Source: Vicugna vicugna (Eukaryota). Taken from it: a DNA stretch of 64,000 nucleotides. Numbering within the stretch: position 1 is the stretch's first letter; the number at the start of each line of letters is the position of its first letter. The notes under the pieces were generated by a model that saw only the letters and a list, made by a program, of their open reading frames with translations, was not told the DNA's origin and did not search any database. The stretch spans positions 960,527 through 1,024,526 of the forward strand of contig MU057880.1 of the NCBI GenBank assembly GCA_013265495.1, read 5' to 3'. Both the position numbers and the translations under genes were made by a program. Positions 13,301-24,503 of this stretch are shown here, piece by piece.

Positions 13301-14609
13301 GTCTTTGTTAAGAGAACAAAGTTTTCAGGAAATACTGCTTTTGATAACAGATTGTGTGAATTTCTTTGCCTTTAAGTGATCTGTATTTGCTTTTGAAATC
13401 TTTTGTCACTATGGTTAAGTGAATAAGCACTGGTCCACAGTGAACTATGATCCTATTTGACCAAGTGTTTTGAAACCTTTTTGATAGTTTTGACAGACTT
13501 CCCAAATACTGAATTCTAACTCAAGTTCTTTTGACCTCCAGCTAACTCTGGGACGCTTCAAGGAACCCTGAGACATATCAAAGAGAGCTATTAAACTAAT
13601 TAGGTTAATATATGTTAAATAACATGGGAAACATTGTCAAATGGGCGAGGATAAAAGCTTCTAAGGTTAGATGTCAATAATAAAGATATTCCAAAATTTA
13701 TATGGACTTCCTAAAAGTCTGATACACTCTGGTGTAACGTGATCAGTCATAATTCTACTTATTACCTTAAAAATGTTGTTTGTCACAGTATATCCAAGTT
13801 TCTTGTCGGCTGCATTGTAATGCGATCTTTAACCATGCCATTTTAAGCCTTTTGTCATTTATAGATTATCACTGTTTTACTCTGATGCTTTTATAAAATG
13901 AAAATCTTAAAGATTTATAAAAAGGCCTTTCTGACAAATACAAGTTTTGGATAACTTTTAGATCATACCACTGACTGGAAAACCTTTCCTCTTATGACCT
14001 GACCTACAACAGCCTGATAAAGTGTAGCTCTGTAAACAAAGATGAAACAATTATCTTTTTCTCTCTACCCGATCCCTCCAGAGTTTGGCTTCTCCAGCGG
14101 GCTTCCCTGTGGACTCAATGGCTTATTTCCACCAGATTACAACTAGTTATACTAATCATTGTTTTAATTTGCCCTCTGGGCTTCAAATTACTTACACCTT
14201 GTGCCTCTCTCTGCTGTGCTATGACTTTATTATCACTAGCTGTGTTACTCACATCCTGTTTTGTAAGATTGTTGTCTCTTGTCCCAATATGTAACCAGAC
14301 CTCCAACAAAATTAACGTCTCGAGACAGTTGATCATATATATAACTCTAAATAGAACAGCTGTAATAGTGCAACTCTAGATACAGCAAGAAGCAACAAGG
14401 GAAAAACATCTCCTGGATCGTAATAAACCAGAAAGACAGACGATCCAAAGACTTTTAGATTATTAACAGGGCCTGATCCAAAAATTAACACACTGAGTGG
14501 CCTATCAACAGAATCTTCACCTGACAAAGGTATGAGCCTTCCTAGCACCGTGAGACAAATTGGTCAAGAAATGCCTCCCACATGCTGGTCAAATTTATGA
14601 CTAAGGTCA
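10373..14609 (+). mobile_element. Degenerate non-coding ERV internal region, interrupted by an L1 5' segment
   Basis: Lies between the two LTRs; no long gag/pol/env ORF in the ORF track. Confidence 0.7.
11640..13222 (+). mobile_element. L1 5' UTR + first half of ORF1, 3'-truncated, nested in the ERV
   Basis: ORF1-like start atgaggcagcagagg at 12724; aacattcacattatagggatcccagaa and aacttccctgacctgggg motifs; similar to the 5' end at 62800-63780. Confidence 0.85.
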
Positions 14610-15019
14610 CCAACCATATTGGTAAACAAAGGATGCTGTGGTCATCCACCCAGCAGCCACTCCCAGCTGTGCACCCTGAGGGGAGTCAGGATAGAGAAAA
14701 ATAAGATACTGGCCCTAGATAGTTAAGGTGCAGATCAAAGAAATGATTTCAATGAATCCAGACTCTTGCATCTTTTCATACATAGAAAAGCAGTAAATTC
14801 ATTAACTTGATATTTCTGGTTTTCTTTACTTAGCAGTAATCTTGTGATATTCTATCTTTTTGCAGAAAACTCCTATATATCCTGATCCCTCCCTTACCTC
14901 TTCAGAACAGTCCCTCAGAGCGATCTGAGAGGCTGTCTTCCAGGCGTTAAGTCCTCAGTATGTTCACTGAATAAAACATAATTCTCAACTTTTAGGCTAT
15001 GCATTCTTTTTAGCCGACA
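14610..15019 (+). mobile_element. 3' LTR of ERV1-like element (PPT and first bases apparently deleted)
   Basis: Shares ggccctagatagttaaggtgca...aattctcaacttttagg with the 5' LTR; TATA-like ctatatat near 14873; AATAAA near 14970; ends ccgaca. Confidence 0.85.
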
Positions 15020-15703
15020 CTATCTACATATTAGATATAGTAATACATGCACGAGTAATAGAAACTTTCAACAAAATTCTAATTATTTAATATATGGTGG
15101 CCAAATTTGACAAAATTCTACTTCCATGAAATTTACGTAAGAATATCCCTGAATTTGCAATATGTATATTTGCTTATTCTATAACCAAAAATTAATTTAA
15201 ATAAAAATTAAGCCAGTTGTGAGAGAATTCAAGATCCTGTAGTAAACTTAAAACATTTTTTTAATGTTCTTTTTAAGTAAAAAAGAAACAGAAAACCATC
15301 CAAATGCGTCATTCTATCTTTTTTGAAGTGAAAGGGGAGGTAATAAGGTATCTCATTAAGTCATTGTGATGATTCTAGAGGCAGTCAAAATACGAAAAGC
15401 CCCTAGAGATAATTTTAGACGAAGCAGAGAAGCTCCTGGCTCCAGATAGAACCGGGTGACTCGGGCAGCGCAGGAATGTTGACACTGATGTGACAGATCA
15501 GACTTGGAATCCCTCAGAATGGACTAGGACGGCTGCAAAGTCGCAGGTACGGTGGGACCAAGGAGAAAACCCGTGCAAACATTACTGTACCCACTTCCAA
15601 CAAGGTAGCCGGTAACACCTGAGCTCTGGGATGCGGGACAGCGCCAGGGCTCGGGAAGACGCTTCTCCCGAGTCCGCGGCAGCTGTTGACAAGCCTTCGC
15701 TCA

Positions 15704-15720
15704 CGACCTTTGGCCTAGTT
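15704..15720 (-). promoter_or_regulatory. PPRE-like DR1 element AACT AGGCCA A AGGTCG in ETFDH intron 1
   Basis: Reverse complement of cgacctttggcctagtt; one mismatch to the consensus AACT AGGNCA A AGGTCA. Confidence 0.6.
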
Positions 15721-15891
15721 GTCAACTCGTCCAATTGGGACAAGCCCAGCGGAGGCACCGCGTCGGCCAGAGGGCGCCCGCGCCGCATGCCCTCTGCGCT
15801 GGTCCTGCCTGAGAGGCGACCCCGAACAGCCGCGCGCGCCCCTCCCCGCCTCGCTAACTCGCCGTCCCCGTCCCGCCGGGTCCCCGCTCAC

Positions 15892-15925
15892 CCGGGCAGG
15901 CCAGCCTGGCCAGCGGTACCAGCAT
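15892..15925 (-). CDS. ETFDH: ETFDH coding exon 1 (34 nt), MLVPLARLACP
   Basis: aacATGCTGGTACCG...CCGG|gtgag inside the CpG island; resembles the ETFDH N-terminus MLVPLAKLSC; phase 1 joins exon 2. Confidence 0.94.
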
Positions 15926-16498
15926 GTTCGCGGTCGCCCGGACTCTGGCGACACCGCGGGGGAGGCGGGCTGCGGCTCGCGGGGCGCGGGACGGCTAGGC
16001 CGCGGGTGGCGCCATCCTCACGGGATGCAACCTGTCTTAGTGGAGTCGGCCTCCAGCTCAGCGGGCCGCTCGGGCTTCCCCGCGCGCCCGCCTCCGACTC
16101 GCTCTGCGCCTGCGCCACGCGTGACGCGCCGGCCTGCATCGCTTCCGGGTCACAGCCGAGAGGGCGCCGGAGCGTGCTGAGAGACCACAAATCCCAGGGT
16201 GCCGTGCGCGCGCGGTGCCCAGGCAGTGGAGGCGGAGCGGCGCGCACGGCACTCTGGCCGTTGTAGTCTTCTGCTCGAGGGTACCGGGAGCCCGGGCGGA
16301 GGTTGGTGCTGGAGCGAAGAGCCGCCCTAGGCTAATTAACCGGCTTCGGATTGGCTGTTCCGAGAAAATGACGAGGCTTCGCGGTCCCGGGCAGAGAGCC
16401 GCGAGGAGGCGGGGCCTCTGGGCTTTGGGCGCGAGCGGTTGAAAGGCGTTGGTGTCGGTTCGGCTGAGAGGGTTCGGCCCCGCCGCCCAGCCCGCTCC

Positions 16499-16684
16499 AT
16501 GGCGGAGCATGAAGAGGCGCGGGTTTCCTCGCCGCCCCCGCCACCGCCCTCGTCTCCGTCGTTGTTAGACTGCTCTTCGGCATCTTCCCCCGGTGTCCCT
16601 GTGGGCTTGAGTTGGCCAGTTCCGAGGAAGAGCGACGTTAGGACAGTGGACCCCCTGGAGGAGGTGGAGCTGCAGATCGGAGAC
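16499..16684 (+). CDS. C4orf46: C4orf46 orthologue exon 1 (62 codons), [20 protein letters not shown]...[10 protein letters not shown]
   Basis: tccATGG start; poly-Pro/Ser N-terminus; GAC|gtgagt donor; head-to-head with ETFDH as in human. Confidence 0.93.
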
Positions 16685-17972
16685 GTGAGTGTCGGGGGGG
16701 CTGGCCCGCGGCGGGGCGGGCGGACGGGGGACGGAGCCTGCGGGGGCCGAGGGATGCGGTGTGTGTGGTGGCGGGGCGGGGGGGTCCGAGCATCCCGCTC
16801 CGGCCGCTCCGCCGTCTTCGTGCCCGGCCGTCTGGTTTCCCTCCCGGCTGTAACCCGAAACCGCGCCCACCCCTCCTTTGCGGGTGGCGAGAGCTAGGCC
16901 GCGATGCTTTCCCGGGACTTAGGGCTCCGCTGTCCTAGCTGGCCGCCTGCCTGGAGCTGTCCGCAGCGCGCTACCTGCCCCACGCTGGCTCTGCGCCTGG
17001 CCCACTTAGGGCCACTGCCCGTGGTCCGGACCGGTTTCACGGACGGTTCAAAGACCCCCTCCCTGGGTGGCTGGGATGCCAGGTCTGGACGGTTTCTGTT
17101 GAATCTCGAATTTCCAGACACTGGCGCACGCACACGCCCCACCAGAGGGGCGTGTTTCAGTTTTTCAGAACTTGAGTGGGTCAAGTGGATGGGGTCTGTA
17201 GGGCGTGATCTTAACTGAGAGACGCCCCCCCCCCCGCCCCCGGTCCCGTGCAGACTGCAGACTCGGCCCGAACTCCGTGATCTCATCGCTCACGCAGGAT
17301 TTGTGGCTTTAAAAGATGGCTTAAGTGCTGACACAGTTTCTGTTTTTGCTGAGCAAGGCTGTTTCCAGGGGAGCAGTAGAATGGCGTACTGATGTGTTAT
17401 CTAGGAACGGTGTTATTTAATATTGTAGTTGAAAAAAAATTTTGATCAGGAAGTGAGTTTTCTACCAAGAGTCAGGTATTTTCTGTTTGACTTTGTTGAT
17501 GGCTGTTTGTGAGCTCATTGTCTGTCATTTGGTCTCTGCGTTGTCGGGGTCTGCGGCGTTCACAGGTGAAAATAGTGGAGTGGTGCCCTTGTTACCCACC
17601 GGTAAGAGCTGTTAGTGAAGCCCCTCAGATACTTCTGGTACTTGGTGCCAAGGGATCCAAGTCGTCTTGCTGAGCTAAATGAGACGCTAGTGTATTTTCA
17701 ACTAAAAACATACTGACTGCCATGTCTCCTACACAGTGGATATCTTCCTAGCAGACATATTTCCTCAAAGTTTACTTCATATTAAAGAATTTCTTACCGT
17801 TCCTTGAAAGAGCTGGTGTTTTAGTTTGAAGATTTTTTTTAACTTTTAAAGAAAATAACTTGAACATTGGATTCAAGGTTCTAAGTTTATTTTCAGCCTA
17901 CTTTGTAACATGAGGTAAGAATGAAAAAAAATGAGCTTCTAATGTTGGACTTCATTTTTAAAAAAATTTCAG

Positions 17973-18128
17973 GCAGCGTTTTCGTTAACCAAACTTCTGG
18001 AAGCCACATCTGCAGTATCAGCTCAAGTAGAAGACCTTGCCTTCAAATGTACAGAAAATGCACGTTTCCTTAAAACATGGCGGGACCTCTTGAAAGAAGG
18101 CTATGATTCTTTGAAGCCTGACAGCTGA
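17973..18128 (+). CDS. C4orf46: C4orf46 orthologue exon 2, [51 protein letters not shown]; total 113 aa
   Basis: tttcag|GCA acceptor, phase 0, TGA at 18126-18128. Confidence 0.94.
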   Translation, partial: AAFSLTKLLEATSAVSAQVEDLAFKCTENARFLKTWRDLLKEGYDSLKPDS

Positions 18129-19467
18129 TTCGTCTGTGTTTGTCTGTACGTCCTCATGTATGGCGTCTGTACGTGTACTGTATGTAGAGGATAATCTCCA
18201 GCAGTTCTCTATACTGAAACTGAAATTTTTCTTGGTTTCTTTATTTTGATGTGGATCAGCATTTGTTTCTCTTTAAATAATTTCTTCCTCTAAACTTTCA
18301 TGGACTCTTTTATGAAAGTTAACTTGATTTGTACGTAGTATTAATAATGCCACAGTATTACCAGTAGCAAACTAGGTAGACCGTTTATCTGTTCAACTTG
18401 CAAGAAGATGCCAAGAATGGCAAAGGGTGAAGTTGAGCTTCGTTTTTTTTGGACCAGGAAAGGTAACTTTAAGGTTTTACCACTGCTAGATCTAGCTCTG
18501 TTAGGCAAAGTTCCCGAGAACCAATGATTGTCTGACTTCTGTATTTCCAGCATCTAGACCACTATTATCCAACAATCACTAAATATTTGTTGAATAAGAG
18601 TTGATAACATAATTAAAAACTGTTTTTCTTCCTATTTTTAGCAGGAAGACTATGATTGTTTCTCTAAAAAATATTTGAGTCAGAACTTCATTGACTTAAA
18701 GGACATTATCTTTTTTTTTTTAAACAGGGATTTGAACTCTAAGTGGTAAAATATATGATAAATATTTTTTTTTCCCTTCTATGATGCTTTTCAGAAAATC
18801 TTTTAGTTCGGAAAATGCAACATGTCTTGAAAGAAAGCATATTTTTTCCCCTGTGTGTTTCTAAGGTTAACTGCTTTTACAGCTCCTCGTATTTGATGTT
18901 GTTGTATGTTTGATGGTTCTCTTTAAAGTGCCTTATCAAAATTACAGCTCTGTAGTCTGAATTTTGAAACTTTGCAAGCAATAATTCAAATTCTAAATAT
19001 GATGATTCTAAACAAGTTACTTTTTGAAAATGCATCAAATTTGAATGATGTAATTATTTTCATATTATTTGACCTGAATGACAGTGTTCTATTTTACTTG
19101 TCCTGAATCCTCAGTTGCTCGCTCTCTCTTTTTCTGGTGGGTTTATGTCACGTGTCAGCGATTAAGCCAAGTAATCCTCTGCTGTGTAACTTCTGGACAC
19201 CTCTGATGTGGCGTCTTAATTCTTTGTATGCAAAGAATACTGTACAGAACTGTAATCTGTCCAGAACTAGATTTTAAAGGCCCCCAATGGGCCTGTGAAA
19301 GGGGACAAATGGACGGGAAAGGATATTTTGTTTAGCATATTAGGTCATAGTTCTAAATTAAAGATAACACATATGGTGTCCTCCTATACCAAAGAGAAGC
19401 CTATTTTGATATTAGAAAAGTATCTTTCTTAAGTGTCATGAAAATTACAATGTTTAAAATGTACAAA

Positions 19468-19473
19468 AATAAA
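19468..19473 (+). terminator. Candidate C4orf46 polyadenylation signal (a second AATAAA at 19608-19613)
   Basis: AATAAA preceded by TGTA and followed by U/GU-rich sequence; no transcript evidence available. Confidence 0.45.
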
Positions 19474-19849
19474 CACTTGTTCAAAGCAGATGTTATTTCC
19501 ATTTCTTTGAATTTGTTATTTTAAAAAGTTGGTGTTGTAATATTTCAAACCTAACAGGAAAGATGGGTGATTTGAAGAACATCCCTGTACTCCCAGCATG
19601 CAGAGTTAATAAATGTTAGCGTTAGGTTATGTTTTCTGCAGATCTCGGTATGATGTCAATGTTAGACACATTTGAAGCTTGTTTCGTTACCTCTTTGAGC
19701 CCACTTCCCCTTCTTCTCTGGAAGTGGTGCATATTCTGGCTTGTGTTTTTACATTTTAAGTACATATGTATGTTTCAGAACACTACAAAATACTGTGCTG
19801 AAAGTAATATTGTCAATCAACTATACTTCAATTGAAAAAGTACTGTTTT

Positions 19850-19995
19850 GTGTTGGTAGTAACCAGCCTCCGGTTGGCCCCAGTGGCCTCCTGCTTCTTG
19901 GTATTCATGCCCTCAGGATAGTCTCCCTCCTTGACTGGTGCTGACTTGTGTAACTACCAGGATACCGATGAAATGCAGCGTGTGATTTCTGAGAC
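19850..19995 (+). mobile_element. MaLR (MLT1-like) LTR fragment
   Basis: cagcctcc...ggccccagtgg cctcctgcttcttggtattcatgccc resembles MLT1 5' ends. Confidence 0.5.
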
Positions 19996-21267
19996 CATTT
20001 CTTTTCCTTATGGACTTACAGGTATTACATATTTTGAGTACTAACTAATGATGTATTATGTATGTTTCAATTATCTTCTGTAGTCTGCAGTTTATCTTTG
20101 TGTTTGATTATAGAATCTTCTTGAATAAAAGTTTTTAGTTTGAATGTAATCTTACCAGTCTTTTCGTAATAGTGTTTTTTGGGTCGTGCGGAGGACATGT
20201 CATAAAGATACTCTCCTATCTGAGGTTTAAAAAATTTGTTTTTAATGTTTAGGTCTTTAATCCACCTGAATTTATTTTTGTTTACAGTTCAGTGTTTGGC
20301 TCTTCAGTGCTTACTGTTGTATAGTTGTTCCTCCAAATACCTGTTTCAAATGCTACATGTCACTCAAGTACTATGTAAATGCCTAGTTCTGAGCTCCCTG
20401 TTTTGTTCTTTTGATTTATTTGCTTGACCCCATGCTAAGTTCCCTATAACCCCCTCTGTTTTAGCTGTGTCATAAGTGTGGTCTGTACTACTAGGGTTTT
20501 GTGTGTGTGGCTTCCTCTCACTGCCCACCTCCCCTGTATGTTTTTTTAAGTTAGAAAAAACATGTTCATTGATTTCTAATTTTATTTAATTGCCATCAGC
20601 TTAGGTTTACCGTTCTGGGGACACTTTTAGTTAATACCTCTACCAAGACTCGTAGCTGCTGGCGTCTGAAGTCCCCAGTCCCACAGTTCAGCTCTGCTTA
20701 TAGTTTCTGTTGCCACGTGTGGTCCACGGAGAAGTTCATCTTATTTCCAAGAATGGCTTTAAAAAAAAATCATCCCTATTAAAATTTCTTTTTGCTCCGC
20801 TTCATGGGAGAGGTTAGAAAAGAGCTCAAAGCATAAACATTTTCTTAAAGACTTAAGAAAAAAATTTTAAGCTTAGTAGCTCATTACCAGTTCTACACAA
20901 ACCTCAGTGGACAGCTTACCATTCTGATGATGTAAATTTTTAAAAGCCTCAAGAGGCTGAAGTCAGTAAGTTGGAATTTTTAGCAATAATATAGTGTATT
21001 TGGTTTCAAAAATTCTGCGTATGAAATATGCACTATCAGACACTATGCTAGGAGCTGTATCAACATAATTTCATGTGACCATTTTAGCTCTTTGAGGAAA
21101 GTGATGTTATTCCTGTTGACAGAATAGAAAACAGGGGGAGATGAAATAATTTGCCTGAGAATCTTTGATGTCAAAATTCGTATGCTTGTTTATACCACAC
21201 CTAACTGCCTAGCTCTTGGTTAGACTTATTAATATCAAGGCTTCAATTTTATTTACTCTCCCCATAC

Positions 21268-21630
21268 GTGACGGCTTATTTTACATGTCAACTTGGCTAG
21301 TACTCATGTATTTTGCTTAGACATTCTGGGTGTTTATGGGAGGGTGTTTTGGGATGAGATTAACAATTACATTGGTAGCCTGAGTAAAACGGATTGCCCT
21401 CCATAATGTGGATGGGCCTCAGTTCAATCAGTTGAAGGCCCTGGAACAATGGCTCTTCCTGTCTGATGACTGAATTTGAACATTGGCTTTTCCTGGTTCT
21501 ACAGTAGCTTCTGGCCTTTGGACTTGAACTGGAACATTGACTTTCCCAATTTTGAACTTACCAGCCTCCATAATCACGTGAACCAATTCCTTACAATAAA
21601 TCTCTTTATGTATATAAATATATATAGTTT
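21268..21630 (+). mobile_element. MLT2-type (ERVL) LTR
   Basis: tgtcaacttggctag...gattgccctccataatgtggatgggcctc...tcagttgaaggccc...ccaattccttacaataaatctc. Confidence 0.8.
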
Positions 21631-22109
21631 TGTTAAAAGTACCACATTCTTCATGTGGAAAACTTATTGGTATCATGTCAAGTAAGAACAGAAAGGACTA
21701 CAAGCAAGCTATATTTTTAACAGGATTAAATTTCAGGTAATTTATTTTAAAAGAAATCTATACAATTATGTAGTCAATAAATTTGTGTTTTTTATTCCAG
21801 TATTTCATGTTACAGACTTTTTTTTTTTGGTGTATGTAAAACTACCTGAAAATGTTTGATTCCTGTGTAAATTTGCAAATTATGAAACCAAAAAATTTCA
21901 GTAGTTCAGAGAGTGAAAGAATAACTAGCTAAAAAGTTCATATCTGATGAACTGACCAACCACGTCAACAGAAGGCAAATTCATTCCTTGATGACATCTA
22001 GTTTCTCGGTAGAGTCAAAATGGATCATAGAGTAGAGTAAAACAAGCAAACCTTTTTTCCCCGAAGTTCAATTCCTTTATCAATGCGTCCTAGGTTTTCT
22101 GTCTTTTTC

Positions 22110-23430
22110 CTTAACTGCTTTATTAACATATTAATCCACATAATGTAAAATTCACTATCTAAAATGTGTAGTTCAGTGGCTGTAGTATAATCTCAGGGTT
22201 GTCTGTCTACCACTCCAATCAATTTTAGAACTTGTTTTTGCCTGGGAAGATAGTTTGTACTCCTTAGGCATCACCTTCCCAACTCTCCCACCCCAGGAAC
22301 CTCTAATCTACTTTCTGTCTCTATGAATTTGCTCATGTAAATGGATTCATACAGCTATTTGAACTTTTATGCCTGGCTTATTTCACATTCATCATGTTCT
22401 ACCATGCGTCAGAACTTCATCCCTTTTAATGGCTGGATAATATTCCATCATATGTATATACCGCGTTTTGTTATCTGTTCATCAGCTGATGGGCTCTTGG
22501 GTTGTTTCCACCTTTTGGCTACTGTGAATAATGCTATAGTGAGTATTTGCATGCCAGTATCTGTTTGAATCTTGTTTTCTTTGAGGTATATACCCAGGAG
22601 TGAAATTGCTGTATCATTTGGAAATTCTATGATTAGAGGAACCACCAAACTGTTTTCAACAGTGACTGCATCATTTTACATTCCTACCAATGTAGAAAGG
22701 TTTCAGTCTCATATCCTTGCCAATACTTGTTATTTTCTATTTTTTAAAAAATGTAGATAGCCCTCATAGTAGGTATGAAATGTTACCTCATTGTGGCTTT
22801 AATTTGCATTTTCCTAATAATCAGTAATATTGAGCATGCACATTGGCCATCTGTATATCTCCTTTGGAGAAATGTCTACTCAAGGCCTTTACCCATTGTT
22901 AAAATTTGGTTGCTTGTCTTTTTTTTGTTGAGTTGTAGGAGTTCTTTACGTATTCTGGATATTAAACCCTTCTCAGATATATGATTTGCAAGTATTTTCT
23001 TCCACTCTGAAGGTTGTCTTCACTTTTTTGGATACTGGTCTTTGATACACAAAAGTTTTAAACTTAGGTGAAGTCCAGTTAATTCATTTTTTCCTTCTGT
23101 TGCTCATACTTGTGTTGTCATTTCTAAGAATCCATTGCTAAATCCAAGATTTTGAAGATTTCCCATGTATTTTTTTCTAAGAGATTTATGTCATAGTTAA
23201 GTTGTTGATTCATTTTGAGTTAATTTTTGTATATGGTATAAGGTAGGGGGTCCAGATTCATTCTTTTGCATGTGAATATCCAGTTGTCTCAGCATCATTT
23301 GTTGAAAAGACTACTCTTTTCCCATTTGATTGTCTTGGCATCTTAGTTGAAAATCAGTTGACTGTAAATATGAGGATTTTACTTCTGAACTATCAATTCT
23401 GTTCTACTGATCTAAATGTCTATCCTTTTA
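22110..23430 (-). mobile_element. L1 3' portion (ORF2 C-terminus + 3' UTR)
   Basis: ORF 22448..22648 (AISLLGIY...ALFTVAKRWKQPK) is L1 ORF2 C-terminal-like. Confidence 0.88.
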
Positions 23431-24201
23431 GCTTTTCTGATTCATTCATTTGCAATACTTTTATTCTTTTTACATTCCCATATAATGGTGATCATTTAAA
23501 GCAAAAAGACAACTGGGCAGGAAGTGACAGAGAGGTGCTGTTTTGAGTTACTATCAAAGCATCTTCTCTCATAGTAACGAATATCAGTATTCACTCTTAA
23601 GTGTATGGAGACTTGAAGAGAGGTAAGATGGCTTCTTAAAACAAAACATCTATATTTTGCAAACAATCAGGCATTTTCTCTGATGCTAGTATTTGATTAT
23701 TCTGAAACCTTAATTTTTATTTAAAAGTGTCCATGATTCTTATGTTTGCTGATAAGCAAGACAGACAAAGCTCTACCTTAAACTAGGAGCTGCCGTGGAC
23801 TTTGTATATTCTTATAGTTAAATACAATTTAACATTGGAGATTTAAAAAATTCTGTAGTGTCTCCTCCTAGGAATTTACCGCAGTGAATACTCAGTAAAC
23901 GAATGTGTGCATAGTGAGTACTCAGTAAACGAATGGTAAAAGAATGAACGAACCTTCCTGAAGTAGAATTCTCTTAATTACCTGTCCAAAATATGTACTA
24001 GAATATACACATTATCAATATAATTTATTTACCTTTTTATGGGCATCAGTCATTTTGATTTTTCCCAAATAACCTCATGTCCTTGTAAGCTAATTTACTT
24101 TAGCCATTATTATAAATTATTTTGTGTCATTTATTTTATACTAATAAATCCATCATGAAGCATCCCACAGTGTTCTCTGTAGAAATGGGTTTCAGAGTCA
24201 G

Positions 24202-24503
24202 TTATGAATAGGAATTGAGTCTAGTTGATTGAGAGATTAGTGACAATTCACAGGGGTCTGTGAAGAGAGCTGGCTTCATTAACTCAGAGGGCACCTCCTG
24301 CAGGGGCCACATCTCTACCCAGATGAACGATGGAGTATATGTTTTCTGACTTCCTTTGCTGTCAAGAGATCTTCTTTGTCTATAGTTGTACCAAAACTGA
24401 TGGATCATTTCTTTGAATGGTCTTGTGGTCAGGGTATAGAGAATTGGGTTCAAAGCACTGTTGATAGGCAGAATAAAAATCACCACCCAAGAGGTTATGG
24501 TAC
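24202..24503 (-). CDS. RXFP1: RXFP1 terminal exon 18: ECL3/TM7 (NSALNPILY) and C-terminal tail ending STRLNSYS*
   Basis: ORF 24202..24525; ccag|GT acceptor; NPxxY motif; TAA at 24202-24204. Confidence 0.97.

Larger units (their letters stand above)
15620..17300. promoter_or_regulatory. CpG island / bidirectional promoter of ETFDH and C4orf46
   Basis: Very high GC and CpG density; divergent ATGs at 15925 (-) and 16499 (+); NRF1-, ETS-, ZNF143- and CCAAT-like motifs between them. Confidence 0.92.

Noticed and set aside
16439..16498. N-terminal extension of C4orf46 in the ORF track
   Set aside because: Starts at TTG; the ATG at 16499 gives the expected 113-aa protein.
15582..17286. Many long overlapping ORFs (e.g. 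211 aa at 15631..16266)
   Set aside because: Expected by-product of stop-poor CpG-island DNA; Arg/Pro/Gly/Ala-rich with no recognisable domain. Only the ETFDH and C4orf46 exons are supported.
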